Below, in pieces: positions 13,601 to 27,699 of a stretch of DNA of 64,000 nt. Position numbers and translations under genes: made by a program. The notes beneath the pieces are model-generated. The model did no database searches and was not told the origin of the DNA. It saw nothing but the letters and a program-made list of their open reading frames with translations. This DNA is from the human T2T-CHM13v2.0 reference genome, Homo sapiens, in assembly GCF_009914755.1 (NCBI RefSeq), contig NC_060926.1. One strand, 5' to 3'. Numbering within the stretch: the first letter of the stretch is position 1; the number at the start of each line of letters is the position of its first letter.

Positions 13601-14094
13601 CCTCTAAAGTTTGCAGCACCCTGTCCCTTTGTACCTCTGTTAACCCCATATATGCTTTCTGATATGTTTTGTGGTTGTCGTGTAACTACTATATTCTCTC
13701 TATAAAACTTCGGCTCATTGGGAATGGGCTCCTAATGCCTATCTTGCTCCCAAGTGTGGCATTCCCTAGTGTAGCCTGTGGGAAGGGAGCAGGATGTCTA
13801 CCTCTTCCCTGAGTTCAGGCAGAGCCCCTGGAGAATGATGTGGCCTTTTCAGTGCAGTGACCCGGCCACTGGCTGAGGGGCCCAGGGATCATCAGCGTCT
13901 CACCAGCCCCACCAATGGTAGAAAGAGTAGTACATATTTGCTTAATGAATGAAAGAAACTTATAAAAGCAGTGTATTAAATTAACCCATACTAAGGCAGC
14001 AATGACTAAGAACCTCCTTACTCTCCCAAAAGAAGGTCTTCCAATTTACAAGGAACATGCTCAGTAAACCAGGGAGGGATGGCAGCTTCCTCAA

Positions 14095-14250
14095 CCAGAG
14101 AAACTGGATGGGGCGATGGAAATGCTCGAAAACCAGATTGTGGTGAGGATTGCACAACTCTGTGAATTTGCTGAGAATCATTGATGACATTGACATTATG
14201 AGGGTTGCCATGTAAATTATACCTCAATAAAACTATCCGGAAAACCCAAA
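14095..14250 (+). mobile_element. Old L1 (L1M) 3' end fragment
   Basis: attgtggtgaggattgcacaactctgtgaatttgctga...tgtaaattatacctcaataaa. Confidence 0.7.
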
Positions 14251-15171
14251 AACATAATGCTTGTTAATCTCACTATGTCCTCCACTGGAGCAATTTCTGC
14301 CATTGCTGTGGAGACTCAGAGAGCAGATGAGGGAACTGCTGGTGAGACGCTGATGTCCCCTGATCCCTTAAGCTGGGGCTGGGTCACTGCACTAAAAAGG
14401 CCACATTTTTTTCCAGTGACTCTGCCTCAACTCAAGTAACAGGTGGACATCCAGCCTTGTTCCTGTCTCACGTACGCCAGGGAATAATGCATGGTGAAAT
14501 TATTGGGCTTCTGACCCTGTGCCTTGATCCCTGTTTGACTCCCAATTGATTAGATACAGGGTATACATGTAAGAGTGCACGAGTGTGTGCATTTGCATGT
14601 GAGCATGTGAGTGCATGTATGTGAGTGTGTGTGCATGAGTAAATGTGGATGTATATAAATGTGTGAATATGTGTGAGTGTTTGTTCATATCTGTGATCCA
14701 CCCAAGCCTCTAACAGTGGCTGTCCATCCTCAGGGGATAAGTCTGCAGCAGATGAAATGACTGACGAGGTGGACTGGATGGCAGGGAGGGATGACGAAGG
14801 TCTGATGGCAGCCTGAAGCCAGCTTGGGAGGAGAGTGTAGCCTGACGTTCCTCTTCATGCCCCATACACCCTGCCATTTGCACACACATAGATAGACACA
14901 TATTCTGTTCTGGACATTGAGGCTACAGTCATCGAAAGAGCCAAGGGAGTGGATCGAGAATTGTCCCCTTGGCCACTGAAGGAGAGAAAGGGGACGGGGT
15001 AACAAGGACATGATCCTTAAATCTTTCCACTTTGATTACAGGATATACTTTTCACCTAGCATGAGGTGGAGAAAAAGGGGTGCGTACACCTCCTTGTGGG
15101 CCTTAGCCAGAAACACTTGCTCCCACCCTCATGTTGGAGTATAAATAGTAAAGCCCAGACCCTCTTTTAAC

Positions 15172-15252
15172 CATTCCATCCACCCATTCACCCATGCATT
15201 CATCCATCTACCATCCACACATCCAACCATCCATCTGTCCATCTATCCACCC
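15172..15252 (+). repeat. Degenerate (CCAT)n microsatellite, followed by an antisense L2 fragment to about 15700
   Basis: ccattccatccacccattcacccatgcattcatccatc... Confidence 0.75.
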
Positions 15253-17112
15253 CCTCATATGTTCAATGAATATTGACTGGGCACCTGCCAGATGCTAGAT
15301 TCCATGCCAGGCCCCAAGAACACGGTGACGGAGGAGCCTAGGTCACCTTCCTCAAGGAGTTCACAGTCTGAAAGGTGGGGTAGAGAATGAAGATAGACCT
15401 GCACAATCACAGAGGTTGAGTGTGTGAAGGTGTATGTGTGTAAATGTGTGTGCAGTGAGACAGGAGGGTAGCGTTCCATGGGATCACAGACCAGGGTCAC
15501 CAAGTGAGCCTCAGAGAAGGGACACTGGTCAAGAAAAGATTCCCAGGACAGGCGATCCCTGTTGAATAGGAGTTTGCCAGGCAGACAAGGAGAAAGACTA
15601 CATCAGTCAGAGGAAAAAGTTCATGAAAACCCTGCAGAGGAGGCAAACCTTGACTTGTCCTGGGGTCTGTAGGCAGGGGAGGAGGACAGATGGGATTCTG
15701 CAGCCTCCTTAGCATGCTGGAAGAGGAGGACAGGATTTGGGTTCAACGCTGAGACAATGCCATACCATCACCCCAGCCTCTCAGGAGTCCCAGCCAGACT
15801 CCCTGGATCTGTCCGTGGAGGCTGGGAGTCACTTGGATGTGTTTCAGTTTGTAGGTTTAGGAGGTAAGAAATATGGGGGAGGAAAAATTGTGCAGACCAG
15901 TGAGAATGTGCCCTGGCCCTATGCCTTCCTGTGGACTGGCGGCTGGGAAATGCTGGGCTAGAGGATCCCTAACATTCCATGAAGCTAATGTTCCAGCCTT
16001 CCTGGTCTGTGAGCCGCAATGCTGAGTCCTTTCCTCTAAAATGCCAGGGAGCTGTGGGTGAAACCATGCCAAAGAGCGTGGGAGAATACAGATCACCTAC
16101 CCCTTCAGGGTCCCCAGACAGCAGAGACACAGGCCCTGCCCTTGGGACATGGCTGTCTGATGGGGAAGACAGGGGCCTGTCTCAGTTCCTCAAAAGGAGC
16201 CAAGAAGACATGAGGGGCAGGGGGTGGCCCACCTCTGAGTCCCTAAAGCACTGTGGATTGGGAAGGGTGGTGAGGATTCTGCAAAGAAGAGGAGAATGTG
16301 GGCATGTTAGAGACATCTCATTCTTAGCAAATGTCTTTGAGGAGGTAAGCTGAGACCCATTTGCTTGTGAGACAGCAGCTCTCCTCAGAAGCAAGAAAAG
16401 CCAAACATCTGCCCTTCCAGCCTGAGAGCACAGTGAGCTTCAGCCCTGCTCAGGGCCCCGCCCAGTCAGTGTTGCACTCGGCTCAGTCCTCAAGCCTTTG
16501 TTCATGTCACCCGTTCGGCAGGAGTGCCTTCTCCTCTTTGTACCAGCCTAGTCCTCAAAAGCTCTTGTCCCTGTTTCTTCCAACCCGCTGAGGCTCCAGT
16601 ATGGCTCTTACCATAGTGTATCTTGTTTTATAAAGATATTGGGGCAGTGTGCCCGCTCCCTGCTAAGAGCTCTCTGCGGACAGCCGGTCACATGCCCTCT
16701 ATAGCCCTGAAGCCCACTTGTCCCATGTCCAGTGCTGACGCATACCAGTGGTGCCCAATACGTGTCTGTCTGATAGGATCAGATGAAGGTTTCACACCCC
16801 AGCCCATGCTGATTCACGTTCCCCTCCAGGTGGACTAGTCACTGAGGGCTTCCAGGTTGCAAAGCGTATCTTCCCAGCTAGAATAGAGGCGAATTGAGAG
16901 CTGTGTTGTCTCCTTTTTTGTTTCTTAGAGTCCCAGAAGGGCTGAGCTGGAAGGGTCCCTTAGAAACCACCTACCATCTCCCATTACTTGGAGAAAACGA
17001 GGGCCCCAGGAGGGGACTGTGGTAGAGGAAAGAGTACATCAGACCTGGTCTCAATCCTCACTCTAAATTCATTTAATATGTGATATTTTCCAAAGTGTAC
17101 TCTGAGTTGCCA

Positions 17113-17446
17113 TTTTTTCCTTCCCTCCCTCCCTCCCTCCCTCCTTCCCTCCCTCCCTTCCTTTCTTCTTTCTTGAGATAGGGTCTTGCTCTGTTACCCA
17201 GGCTGGAGTGCAGTGGCGTGATCATGGTTCATTGCAACCTTGATCTCCCAGACTCCGGCGATCCTCCCACCTTAGCCTCCCAGATATCTAGGACTGCAGG
17301 CTCATGCCACCACACCCAGCTAAGTTTTTGTAGAGGTGAGGTTTTGCCATGTTGCCCAGGCTGGTCTCCAACTTATGGGCTCAAGCAATCGCCCATTTCG
17401 GCCTCCCAAAGTGCTGCGATTATAGGCGTGAGCCACTGCACCGGGC
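17113..17446 (-). mobile_element. AluJ-like with a (CCCT/CCTT)n-derived tail
   Basis: gagatagggtcttgctctgttacccaggctggagtgcagtggcgtgatcatgg ... gggctcaagcaatc ... gagccactgcaccggg. Confidence 0.92.
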
Positions 17447-19327
17447 TGATCATTTTTAATATATTATAAATACTTGAAAAAGAGGTGTATTCTGTTTGTA
17501 GGATGTGGGGCTTATAAGCATATTATTCCTGCTTTATTACCCAGATGCTGTATGCTCTTGCTTGTGTAGTTTGTCAAATGGTGAAATGGGCTTGCTGAAT
17601 CTCCCATAATGCCATGCTCCTGTCAAGTTCTTCTTGCATTTTAGCAGATTTTTCCCTATAAAGTCCAGCAGTAGGCTAATAGGTGCATAAATGTTGGTGA
17701 GTACTGAAGCAGATGTATCCTTTAGCATTTATCAAGTGATCCTTTGTCCAATTATATTGTTTTGTTGGACATTACTGTGACTTCTGCTCTCTTTTTCCTC
17801 ATTTGTTTGACATTCTTTTACTCATTCTTTGGCTGCTGTCCTCTGTGCCACGTTAGTATGGGTGTGTCTTTTGTAATTGGCATGTCCTAGATGGATATGC
17901 TAGACAGTCATCATCCATTCGTGTTGTGTACCCTTCCTTTTGAGGCTGTTTCATGTTCATTATAGCTCTTCTTTGCTATGTGCACTGTTTCCTTTCCTTT
18001 TTCCCAAGTTGGCTTCAAGTTGGTATGGAAAGAGAAGAGAGGCTCTCTGGCGAAGATGGCTCATACCCTGGGTACACTTTGGAGGCTTGCCCAAATTTTT
18101 TAAATCTAAGGGCAGTACCCAGATGCGGCACAAATTAAATCATCATCCTCAAACATCCGAGGAGTGCATTCTCACTACAAAAGCCAGACTCGGGGACACT
18201 TGGTTCCTGAAGGAGAGACTAGCCCCGCCTGAGCTGCCGAAGGCCCTCAGATCCACCTCGCAGTTGGAGGGAAGCCTGGGAAGCTCTTTGAGCCTGATTT
18301 ACAACCTGTGGGGCGGCTCTATCCAATACTGGATGTCTCAGACAGAAAAACAAGGTCATGCAGGGTTATGTCAACTCACTAAAGTAAGTCTAAGAGATTC
18401 CCTGGTGAAAACAGCAGGCCTTGATAGATAAATGATTTCTTAAAAAGTTAAAATCTTTCCTGGAAGGGGAAGGGAGATCCCTGCCAGATTTCTTTCAGCT
18501 TCCACAACCCTGATTCACCTGACTTCCTGCCTCCCTGAACCTGGGGCTGTGTACTTCCAGGAATCTAGGGCCCCACTGTGACTTTCATGGACCCCAAGCA
18601 CCGTTGCCTTTGTGAGCTTCTTCCTCTGTAAAAAAAAGTATGTATTTATAATTACATTTTACAACTGTGTTGGTAAAAGACTAATATAATTCAATTATTA
18701 TATGTTACTTTATCTATACTTTTCTCCTGATTTTAATAGTAGATAAAACTAAAACTCTTTAGTGGGTCCTTAAAAGTCTCGTGAGCCCCAGGCACTGTGT
18801 CTCCTATGCCTCACAGACCAAGGCCGCTGCAGACCCTAGGGCCATGTGTCAGGATTGGCCAACGGCAGAGGCGATGGGGAGGACTTTGCATGTGGTTTAA
18901 ACTTAGGGGTGCTTGCTTCTGAGGCAGAGAGCCCAGGCTGAGAGAAAGCTTCATAGGTCAGCCAGAACAGACAGGAGGAGCGCAAATTGTCTCCAAGCCA
19001 CAAATGCCTTTCCATCTGCGAAGGCACAGACCTGCCAACCCTCGAATGGGTATGTGGGGATGTGGGGAGGTGCCAAAATGCCCTTAAGGTTTCTGACCAC
19101 AACCAACAAGAGGGAGAAAAGGCCTCCACACATATGCTGGGACAACAGAGATTTTGTTATGAGCCACACAGTCAGGTGCTGAGGGAGAGAGAGAGCAAAA
19201 TGAGACCCACCTGGACCAAGTGGCTGCCCAAGAGAGTTCAGGGAAGACTTCCAACATGTTTGGGGTGCTTCTGTTTATCAGAGGTGACCCCCATTCTCTG
19301 AATCAGGCTTAATTCTGGTTCTTTTCA

Positions 19328-19540
19328 AACTGAGTCTCTGAACCTCAGCACTACTGACATTTGGGGCTGGATAATTCTGGGGTTGAGGAGGTGGGAAAGG
19401 GCTTTCCTGTGCATTCCAGAACATTGAACAGCATCCCTGGCCTCTACTCACTAGATGCCAGCAGCATCTACCTCCCCAGGTCATGACAGGCAAAAATGTC
19501 TTCAGACATTACTAAATCCCTCCCAGTTGAGAAACACTGT
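19328..19540. mobile_element. MER20 (hAT-Charlie DNA transposon)
   Basis: aacctcagcactactgacatttggggctggataattct ... agcatccctggcctctactcactagatgccagcagca ... gttgagaaacactg. Confidence 0.85.
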
Positions 19541-20849
19541 TTTAAGATAGCAGTAAAGGGAAATTTCAGGTCACGAAGGAGCCTAAAAATGAGTCATTGG
19601 ATACCCCAAAAGTTAGACAATACTTAGATATTAGCATAGCCACCTGCTGACAAACTTGCCTCCTTTCCTCCCTCTTTCCTTTCTTCCTTTCTCCCTCCTT
19701 CCTTTCTTCCTTTCTCCCTCCCTTCCTTCCTTTCTTTCAAGTAAGGTCTAGGCAGGTCTACCCAACCCCCTAGTTTTTTTGTGGGACCAGATGGACACAG
19801 AAGGTTTTGCTCACAACTGGTCATTTCCTTCAAAGGGGAGAGATACCTAGACCCCTTTTATAACATCTTGGGGGACTAGAATTATTGGCCACGACGAATG
19901 TCAATCATAACTCTATGATCTCATTTGAGAATAATGAGTAAGTTTCTTTCTATGTTCTGCAATAACAACATTTACCAAACTGGTGCAATTTGGGGCAGAA
20001 TAATTTGCACAAGAATGTTGTCATTCTTACACATTTCATTTGTCACTATTTGTAAAATTCATCTTTATGGAAAGGTGCACACACATTCTAGGGCCACTGA
20101 CCTCTTTACAATAGAAATCTGTTAAAATTTGTTAATCTCATTATTCCTTGAGAGAAAATTAATTAATTAATTCTATGATAAGAATGAAGGGACTGTAGAC
20201 CTATCCAGGGACTAGAAGAGCTTACAGCTCATGAGAATAAAGGTGCCCTCGAATTCCTGTGGTTCGCGTCACTAATTCAGGAAAAGAAAAAGACAGTAAA
20301 GACATTGGCTGCCCTCAGGGTATACACGAAGTAGGAAGGTGGAGACGGGCAGTCCTGGGGGAGGTGGCTTCACACTGGTTCATGGGGAGCAGGAGTGGCT
20401 GCATTCCCATCCTCGGTCAGTAGACTTCCTGAAATGAGCCCAGGGTTCTGTGCAGACTATGCCCATGAGTTTGCCTCTCACGTTAGGGTGCCTGATTACA
20501 CACAGGACAGCTGTGACAAACAAGAGGCTCATCCCCTACACACAAGCGGGTTCTAGGACATGTGGGATAGATTTAGGAAATGACGAGGGATTTCCAAGTT
20601 GCCTTGGGAGGTGGGAGTCATCCAGTCATTTCTGGCCATTGTAGCAAGAAATTTTCGGGCAAACCTTGGGGCAAGCTTGCCTTATGCAGGGAAATCCGAT
20701 GCACAACTCCAGAAATTAAGTTTGGAAGTAAAGAATAGGCCAGCATTGATGAGCTCTGCCAACCAAGCAAGAAAAGAGGTCAGTGACAGTCTGCTCCCAC
20801 TCTAGGTGCAGGCAGAGGCTGGGGGAAAAGGGATTGAGTCAGGCAGGAG

Positions 20850-21050
20850 GCAAAGCTACATCATAGGGTTGTGCACGTTACGGACTGCACAACTGCACCA
20901 AAGCTAAGGGGGCATTATTTAATCATAGTCATCAAAGGCCTGTATATGTATTAGCACAGTTTTTAAGAGATGGAAGCAAAGGATCTTGAGAAAGGAAACG
21001 ACATTTTCCAACTCACATAAAGACATCTTGTGGACAAGTATTGGCCCTGA
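20850..21050. mobile_element. Probable hAT-Tip100 element (MER91-like)
   Basis: gggttgtgcacgttacggactgcacaac motif. Confidence 0.45.
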
Positions 21051-21292
21051 AAAGTCATCCATCTAATGGTAGTTCCTCCTGGTGGCGAGAGTTCCAATGC
21101 TGTTCATATAAGTGGGGTTTTTCTTTTTTTGGTACTTTCATTTTGTTTATTTATTTTTAATGGTGGTATAACCTACATGCAATAAAATGCATTAATCTTA
21201 AGTACACAGCTTAATGAATTTTTACATATGGATATGCTCATGTAACCACCTTTATATCAAGTTATCACCTGAATGGCTTAGGTCAATTCTTT

Positions 21293-21669
<377 letters not shown>

Positions 21670-21949
21670 TAGGCCCCAGATAGCTTCTCTCCAATTTTGG
21701 ACAAGTGTAGTCATTTTTCTTTAAACCATAACCACAATTACTGAGATCCAAGTCTATGTTTTACAGTGCTCGCTGACAGTCCTATTCTATACCCTCCCCT
21801 CTCTTGAGTTCTTTATTGCTGGATTATGTCTTCAAGTACATATTTTTCTTCTAGGAAGGGAACTGGGTGCAGTATTCTTTGGACCCTTACATATCTGACA
21901 ATAGCCTTCGCACATAGGTGGCAATTTGGCTGGTTTGTGTTTCCATTGT

Positions 21950-23470
21950 AGGACCGTACTGAATAATTTTGTTGCCGTAAAAATCCTCTGTGATTTGCCC
22001 ATTCATCTCGCTCTCCCTCCTAACCTCTGGCAACCACTGATCTGTTTACTGTTTCCATAGTTTTGCCTTTTCCAGAATGTTATATAGTTGCAGTCATATA
22101 GCATGTAGCCTTTTCAGACTGGCTTCTTTCACTTAATAATATGCATTTAAGTTTTCCTCACATCTTTTCATGGCTTGATAGCTCATTTCTTTTTAGCAGT
22201 GAAAAAATATTCCATTGTCTGGATGTACCACGGTCGTTTATACATTCACCTGCTGAAGGACATCCTGTTGCTTCCAGGTTTGGGCTATTATTAATAAATC
22301 TGCTATAAACTTCTGTGTGCAGGTTTTGGTATGACCATGATTTCAATTATTTTGGGTAGATACCAAGGATTGCAACTGCTGGATCATCTGGTACATGGAG
22401 TGTGCTTAGTTTTCTAAGAAACTGCCAAACTGTCTTCCAAAGTGGCTATCCTATTTTGCATACCCATGAGCAATGAATGAGAGGGTTCCTACTGCTCCAC
22501 ATCCTCACCAGCTTTCGGTATTATCAGTGTTCTGGATTTTGGCCATTAAATAAGTGTGTAGTGGTGTTTCATTTTAATTTGCTTTTCTCTAATGACATAT
22601 GTAGTGGAGCATCCTTTCATATGTTTATTTGCCATCTGTATATCTTCTTTGATGAGATGTCTGTTGAGGTCTTTTGACCGTTTTAAAATTAGGTTGTTTG
22701 TTTTCTTATTGTTGAATTTTAAGGCTTCTTTGTATATTTTGTACAAAACAGTCCTCTTGCAAATATTCTGTCCCAGGCTGAGGCTTATCTTCTCATTTTA
22801 TTGACAGTGTCTTTCATAGAGCAAAGGTTTGAATTTTAATGAAATCCACCTTATCAATTATTTCTCTCATGACTTGTGCCTTTGGTGTTGTATCCAAAAA
22901 GTCATTACCATACTCAAGGTTATTTAGATTTTCTCCTATGTTATTTTCTAGGAGTTTATAGTTTGCATTTTACATTTAGGTCTGGGATCCATTTTGAGTT
23001 CGTTTGTGAAGGGTGTAAGGTCCGTGTCCAGATTCACTTTTTTCTGCATGTGGATGTCCAGTTGTTCCAGCACCCTTCATTGAAAAGACTGCCTTTGTTC
23101 CATTGTATTGACTTTGCTCCTTTGTCAGAGATGTTGACGATGTTTATGAGGGTCTATTTCTGGGCCCTCTATTCTGTTCCATCGATCTGTTTGTTTATTC
23201 TTTCACCAATAACACGCTATTTTGATTATTTCAGCTTTATAGTAAGCCTGGAAGCCAAGTAGTGTTAGTCCTATGACTTTGTTCTTCTCTTTAAATACTG
23301 TGTTAACTATTCTGGGTTTTTTTTTTTTTTCCTCTCCACATAACTTCAGAATCAGTTTGCTGATACTCAGAAAATAACTGTCTTGGATTTTGATTGGGAT
23401 TGTATTAAACCCATAATAAGGCTGGGAAGAAGTGACATCTTGACAATATTGAGTCTTCCCATCCATGAAC
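21950..23470 (-). mobile_element. L1 (L1MB/L1MC-type) 3' portion with ORF2 remnants
   Basis: Minus-strand ORFs read PIKIQDSYFLSISKLILKL...KNKVIGLTLLGFQAYYKAEIIKIACYW and [24 protein letters not shown], both L1 ORF2. Confidence 0.92.
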
Positions 23471-24226
23471 TCTTTTAATAATGATGTCTCCTCATTATCT
23501 TCCTTGGCATTCTGGGAAAACTTCTCAAGCATCCTTCACATCCTTGATCCTCTGCAATGTCAAATTCCCCTTTCCATTTCTAATGAAGATTAAATTCTGT
23601 GATGGCATTTCTAATTTCCTTACTCTCTTTATCCATCACCAAACTCCTCTTTTCTCTTAAATTCTTAGTCTTCTCCTTTTTCATTTCAGTCTGATATTTC
23701 ATCATGTCCTCTTTTATCTCCTTTTTCATATAGTTCACATTTTTTGAATTATTTGAGAATATAAAACATTTACTTCCCAATATTTCTTCTGTTTCCTGTT
23801 CTTAATATTTGACAAAAGTGTAATTGTCATATGCATCTTAATTGTGGTGCTTTATTTTGCAGAATCTCTTTGATCCATGCTAGATTCTTAGGCTTCCTCC
23901 TGAGGACAAATCAATAAGACCTGGTGTCTACCCAACCAGGGCAACCAGTGAGTGGATTGTCTTTAATTCCCACCACATCTTGATTGCTCTACAAATTCTG
24001 CTGCAAGATCTTCAGAGGTGACTGGTGATAATTTACGCAATCAGTTCAAAGTGGGAAGGGAGGCAGAGCGATGAGCATGCTAGCAGGGAAGTCGTGTGTC
24101 TGGGATACTGGCTTGGTGTTTGGGGAAGCTATTTTCTACTTCCATTTTCCCATTTGATCTGGCCTTCATACTAGGTATAAACCATAGCCTGCTAAGCCTC
24201 CTTCCATGGATCAGATCCTTGCCCTC

Positions 24227-24594
24227 TGCTATGGTTTGAATGTGTCCTCCACAAAATTCACGGTGAAATTTAATCTCCCTGGTGGTATTCTTTTTGGAAA
24301 GTGATGAAGTCACAATGGCTTCACCCTCATGAATGGACCAGAGGGAACTAACTTAACACCTTTTGCCTTTCTGCCATCCCACCATGTGAGAACACAGCCT
24401 TTGTCCCCTCTGGAGGACATAGCAAAAAGGCAGCATCTTAGAAGCAGAAAGACTGGGGCCTCATCAGACACTGAACCTGCCAGTGTTCTGATCATGGACT
24501 GCTCAGCCTCCAGAACTGTGAGGAAATAAATTTCTGTCCTTAATAAATTACTCAGTCTCAGGTATTTTGTTATAGCACCCCAAACCAACTAAGT
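24227..24594 (+). mobile_element. MaLR solo LTR (MSTD/MLT1A-like)
   Basis: tgctatggtttgaatgtgtcctcc ... cagcctccagaactgtgaggaaataaatttctg ... ttatagcacc...actaag. Confidence 0.85.
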
Positions 24595-25763
24595 TATCCA
24601 CTCTACCAGGAGCAAACTCTACTTCCCTGGAGGCTTTCTGTGCACTATCGCTGCCACTCAAAACCTGGAGCCTCACAGAGCCTCTTACACATGCTGCTGC
24701 TCTGTGACAGGGAAGGAGTTCATGTGGTTTGTTCCTCATTTGCTCCAGCTCACCCTCCTCTCTCACCCTCATCCCTCGAGTTAGGGCACGGTGGTAGGGT
24801 CTGCAGGCTCTCCTCAACTCACTTCTCTTGAAGGGTGCTGCTCCTCGGAGGGACCACGACAGACCGGCTTTACCACTGTCCCTCAGTGTGTGATCTTGCA
24901 GAGTGCCCTTGATCTTCTGCATGTGAGTGGTCCTCTCCCATATTGTCAGTGATGCTGCACATTTCCTACTTACACATTTCTAATACTTTGGTCATTTCAA
25001 TGAGAATCTTGGGGTGCGGCGAGTAGGAGGAAAGGAGGGAGAGACTCCTGTCCTCACATCGTTTTCTTACTCAGAACCCAGTCACTCTGTCCACCTGTCC
25101 ATTCATCTAGTTAACTGTCCAGGAGGGTCAGATCTCGGTGAGTCTGGACCAAGTCTCAGCATCCTGTTTGCTTCTGACTCAGCTGACTTGGTCTCATCCT
25201 CCTTTTCGTATATCGGGAAACTGACCCCATAGTTCTGGATGTGTTTTTATGTGTCTGTGGATTATCTGATACTATATTTCTAGATCATTGGCCAGTCCAG
25301 AGGAACTCGATCAAATTCAGTTGAAATCAATAGGTATGGATGAACAAAAGACATTTCCTTAGAGAGGAGAAGGCACAGCCTGGCTGGGGTGGGGGACTGG
25401 TCAGGCTTCCAGCTCTATCATTAATAGGCTGGACTGTCCAGGGAAATAGCCTTCCTTTTGGGGGATATCAATTTTCCTCCTTTTTTATATGAAAGCATTG
25501 AATCTCTAAGGTCTTCCTCACTGCTATTTTTGGATTTTGCTGTGAGCCAGGCCCTGCTGTGGAAGAGACAAGAGAAAGGGGCTGGTCATGTTTCTGGTTA
25601 AAGAGGCAAGATGGATGCTTGCATCCGCTCGAGGAGCCCTGTACTGTCAGGCAAGAGTAAACTTGGTAACCAAGTATGGGATGCATAAGACTTTGCTGGG
25701 AAAACAAAGTGGAAGGGGCCAAAAGGAGAACACAGAGCAATTGGATAAGAAAGAAACGGTGGC

Positions 25764-26382
<619 letters not shown>

Positions 26383-26479
26383 TCATTCCTTCTGGATACT
26401 GTCTGAGGTGACAAACAAGCTCTAAAGGTCCCATATGTCCTAGTGGCTGCCTCCTTCTCACGTTACATTCACATTCCCA

Positions 26480-27204
26480 GCCCATCCCGAGCGCGGGAGA
26501 GGGAGAGGCAATGGTGCAGTGACGTCCCGGCCCACTAGGCGGCCGCGGGCTCCTCTGAATTCCAGGCTCAGCACAGAATTCAGCCCCTTGTAACCAGAGA
26601 CCCATTTCCTATTTCCTCTGTTCCCTGGAGAAGATGGGATGGACTTGTGATGAAAGGGATTCTAAATAGAATAAAGGAAACACACACACACACACTTCAT
26701 GGAAGCAGTTATTGTGTGTGAAAACTAGAACCACTGCAGAGGGGCTGAGGCCAGCCACCACCCATTCTTACCTGGTTTCCTCCTGTCTCTGAAAGCCAGC
26801 AGATAGGGGTGGGGGATGGGTTTGGGTCCAGGGTTAGGGTCTATCTTTGGTTAGGGTTAGAGTCAATTGATGGTCAGTATCAGGATCCATATGAGGCCAA
26901 GGTCAAGGCTCTGTCTGAGGTCAGGGTTGGAATTATACTGTATTTGGGAAGCAAAGTAACTATGGGATTGCATAAGAAATGAACCATGATGTTCTCTAAG
27001 GAAAAAAACCAGGGATGATTCCATGGAGGGGCTAAGCTTCTAGTAAGACCTTGAAAGAGAAACCTGGCAGTGGCAGAGGAAGACCTTGAGGGACTGAAAA
27101 GAATGGCTGGACACAATTGAAGGTAATATCAGTGCAAGTCCCCAAGAGATGCTGCCTCCTGATCAGAGTCCAGCTCATCAGCAGATGCTATGTGACCTCC
27201 CTCC
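26480..27204 (-). pseudogene. Distal FN3-like pseudo-exons (starts at about 27204, microexon 26788-26772, and about 26624)
   Basis: Acceptor TCTTCCTTCTCCTTCTCACTCAG then REVT*HLLMSWT; 17-nt exon with donor CAG|GTAAGA; acceptor CCCATCTTCTCCAG then YKGLNSVLSLEFRGA. Confidence 0.45.
26515..26546 (+). promoter_or_regulatory. CTCF-like site with upstream (ZF9-11) module and an overlapping CRE half-site
   Basis: TGCAGTGAC-GTCCC-GGCCCACTAGGCGGCCGC. Confidence 0.5.
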
Positions 27205-27699
27205 TGAGTGAGAAGGAGAAGGAAGACACCTGAGCTCCCAGGCCACCCTCCCTGGCCCTGTGGGGGAAGAGGATTCTCCACTGGGTTTGGCCAAGGGCAC
27301 CTTTCCACACATTCCTGGCCCTGAGTGCCCCTCGGCCCGGTGTTTGCACTTGGGCTGCCAGGGCAGGGGCTGGTGTCAGGCAGGGCGGACACAACCTGGA
27401 AATAGGGAGCGGCCGTGGAAACAATGTGGGTCTGGCAAAAGCTCGCTGGCCATGCCCAGGCTAGAGATGGGCTGGGCTGCCCCTGGGGAAGCTGGGGCCT
27501 GGGGACATGGAGCAGAAGGGGCCCACTCAGCCCAGAGCCACCTTCTCCAGGCCTCACCATCATGGCCACCGAATCTGATGGCTGCAGGAGGCCCAAGGGC
27601 CATCCACCATGTTCCCTGACGGTTTTTATTATGGTCTGCAGCATGCTTTTCAGCTCTGCTTTCTCAAATGATAGCCACTGGAAACACTGCCCTTCTCTC

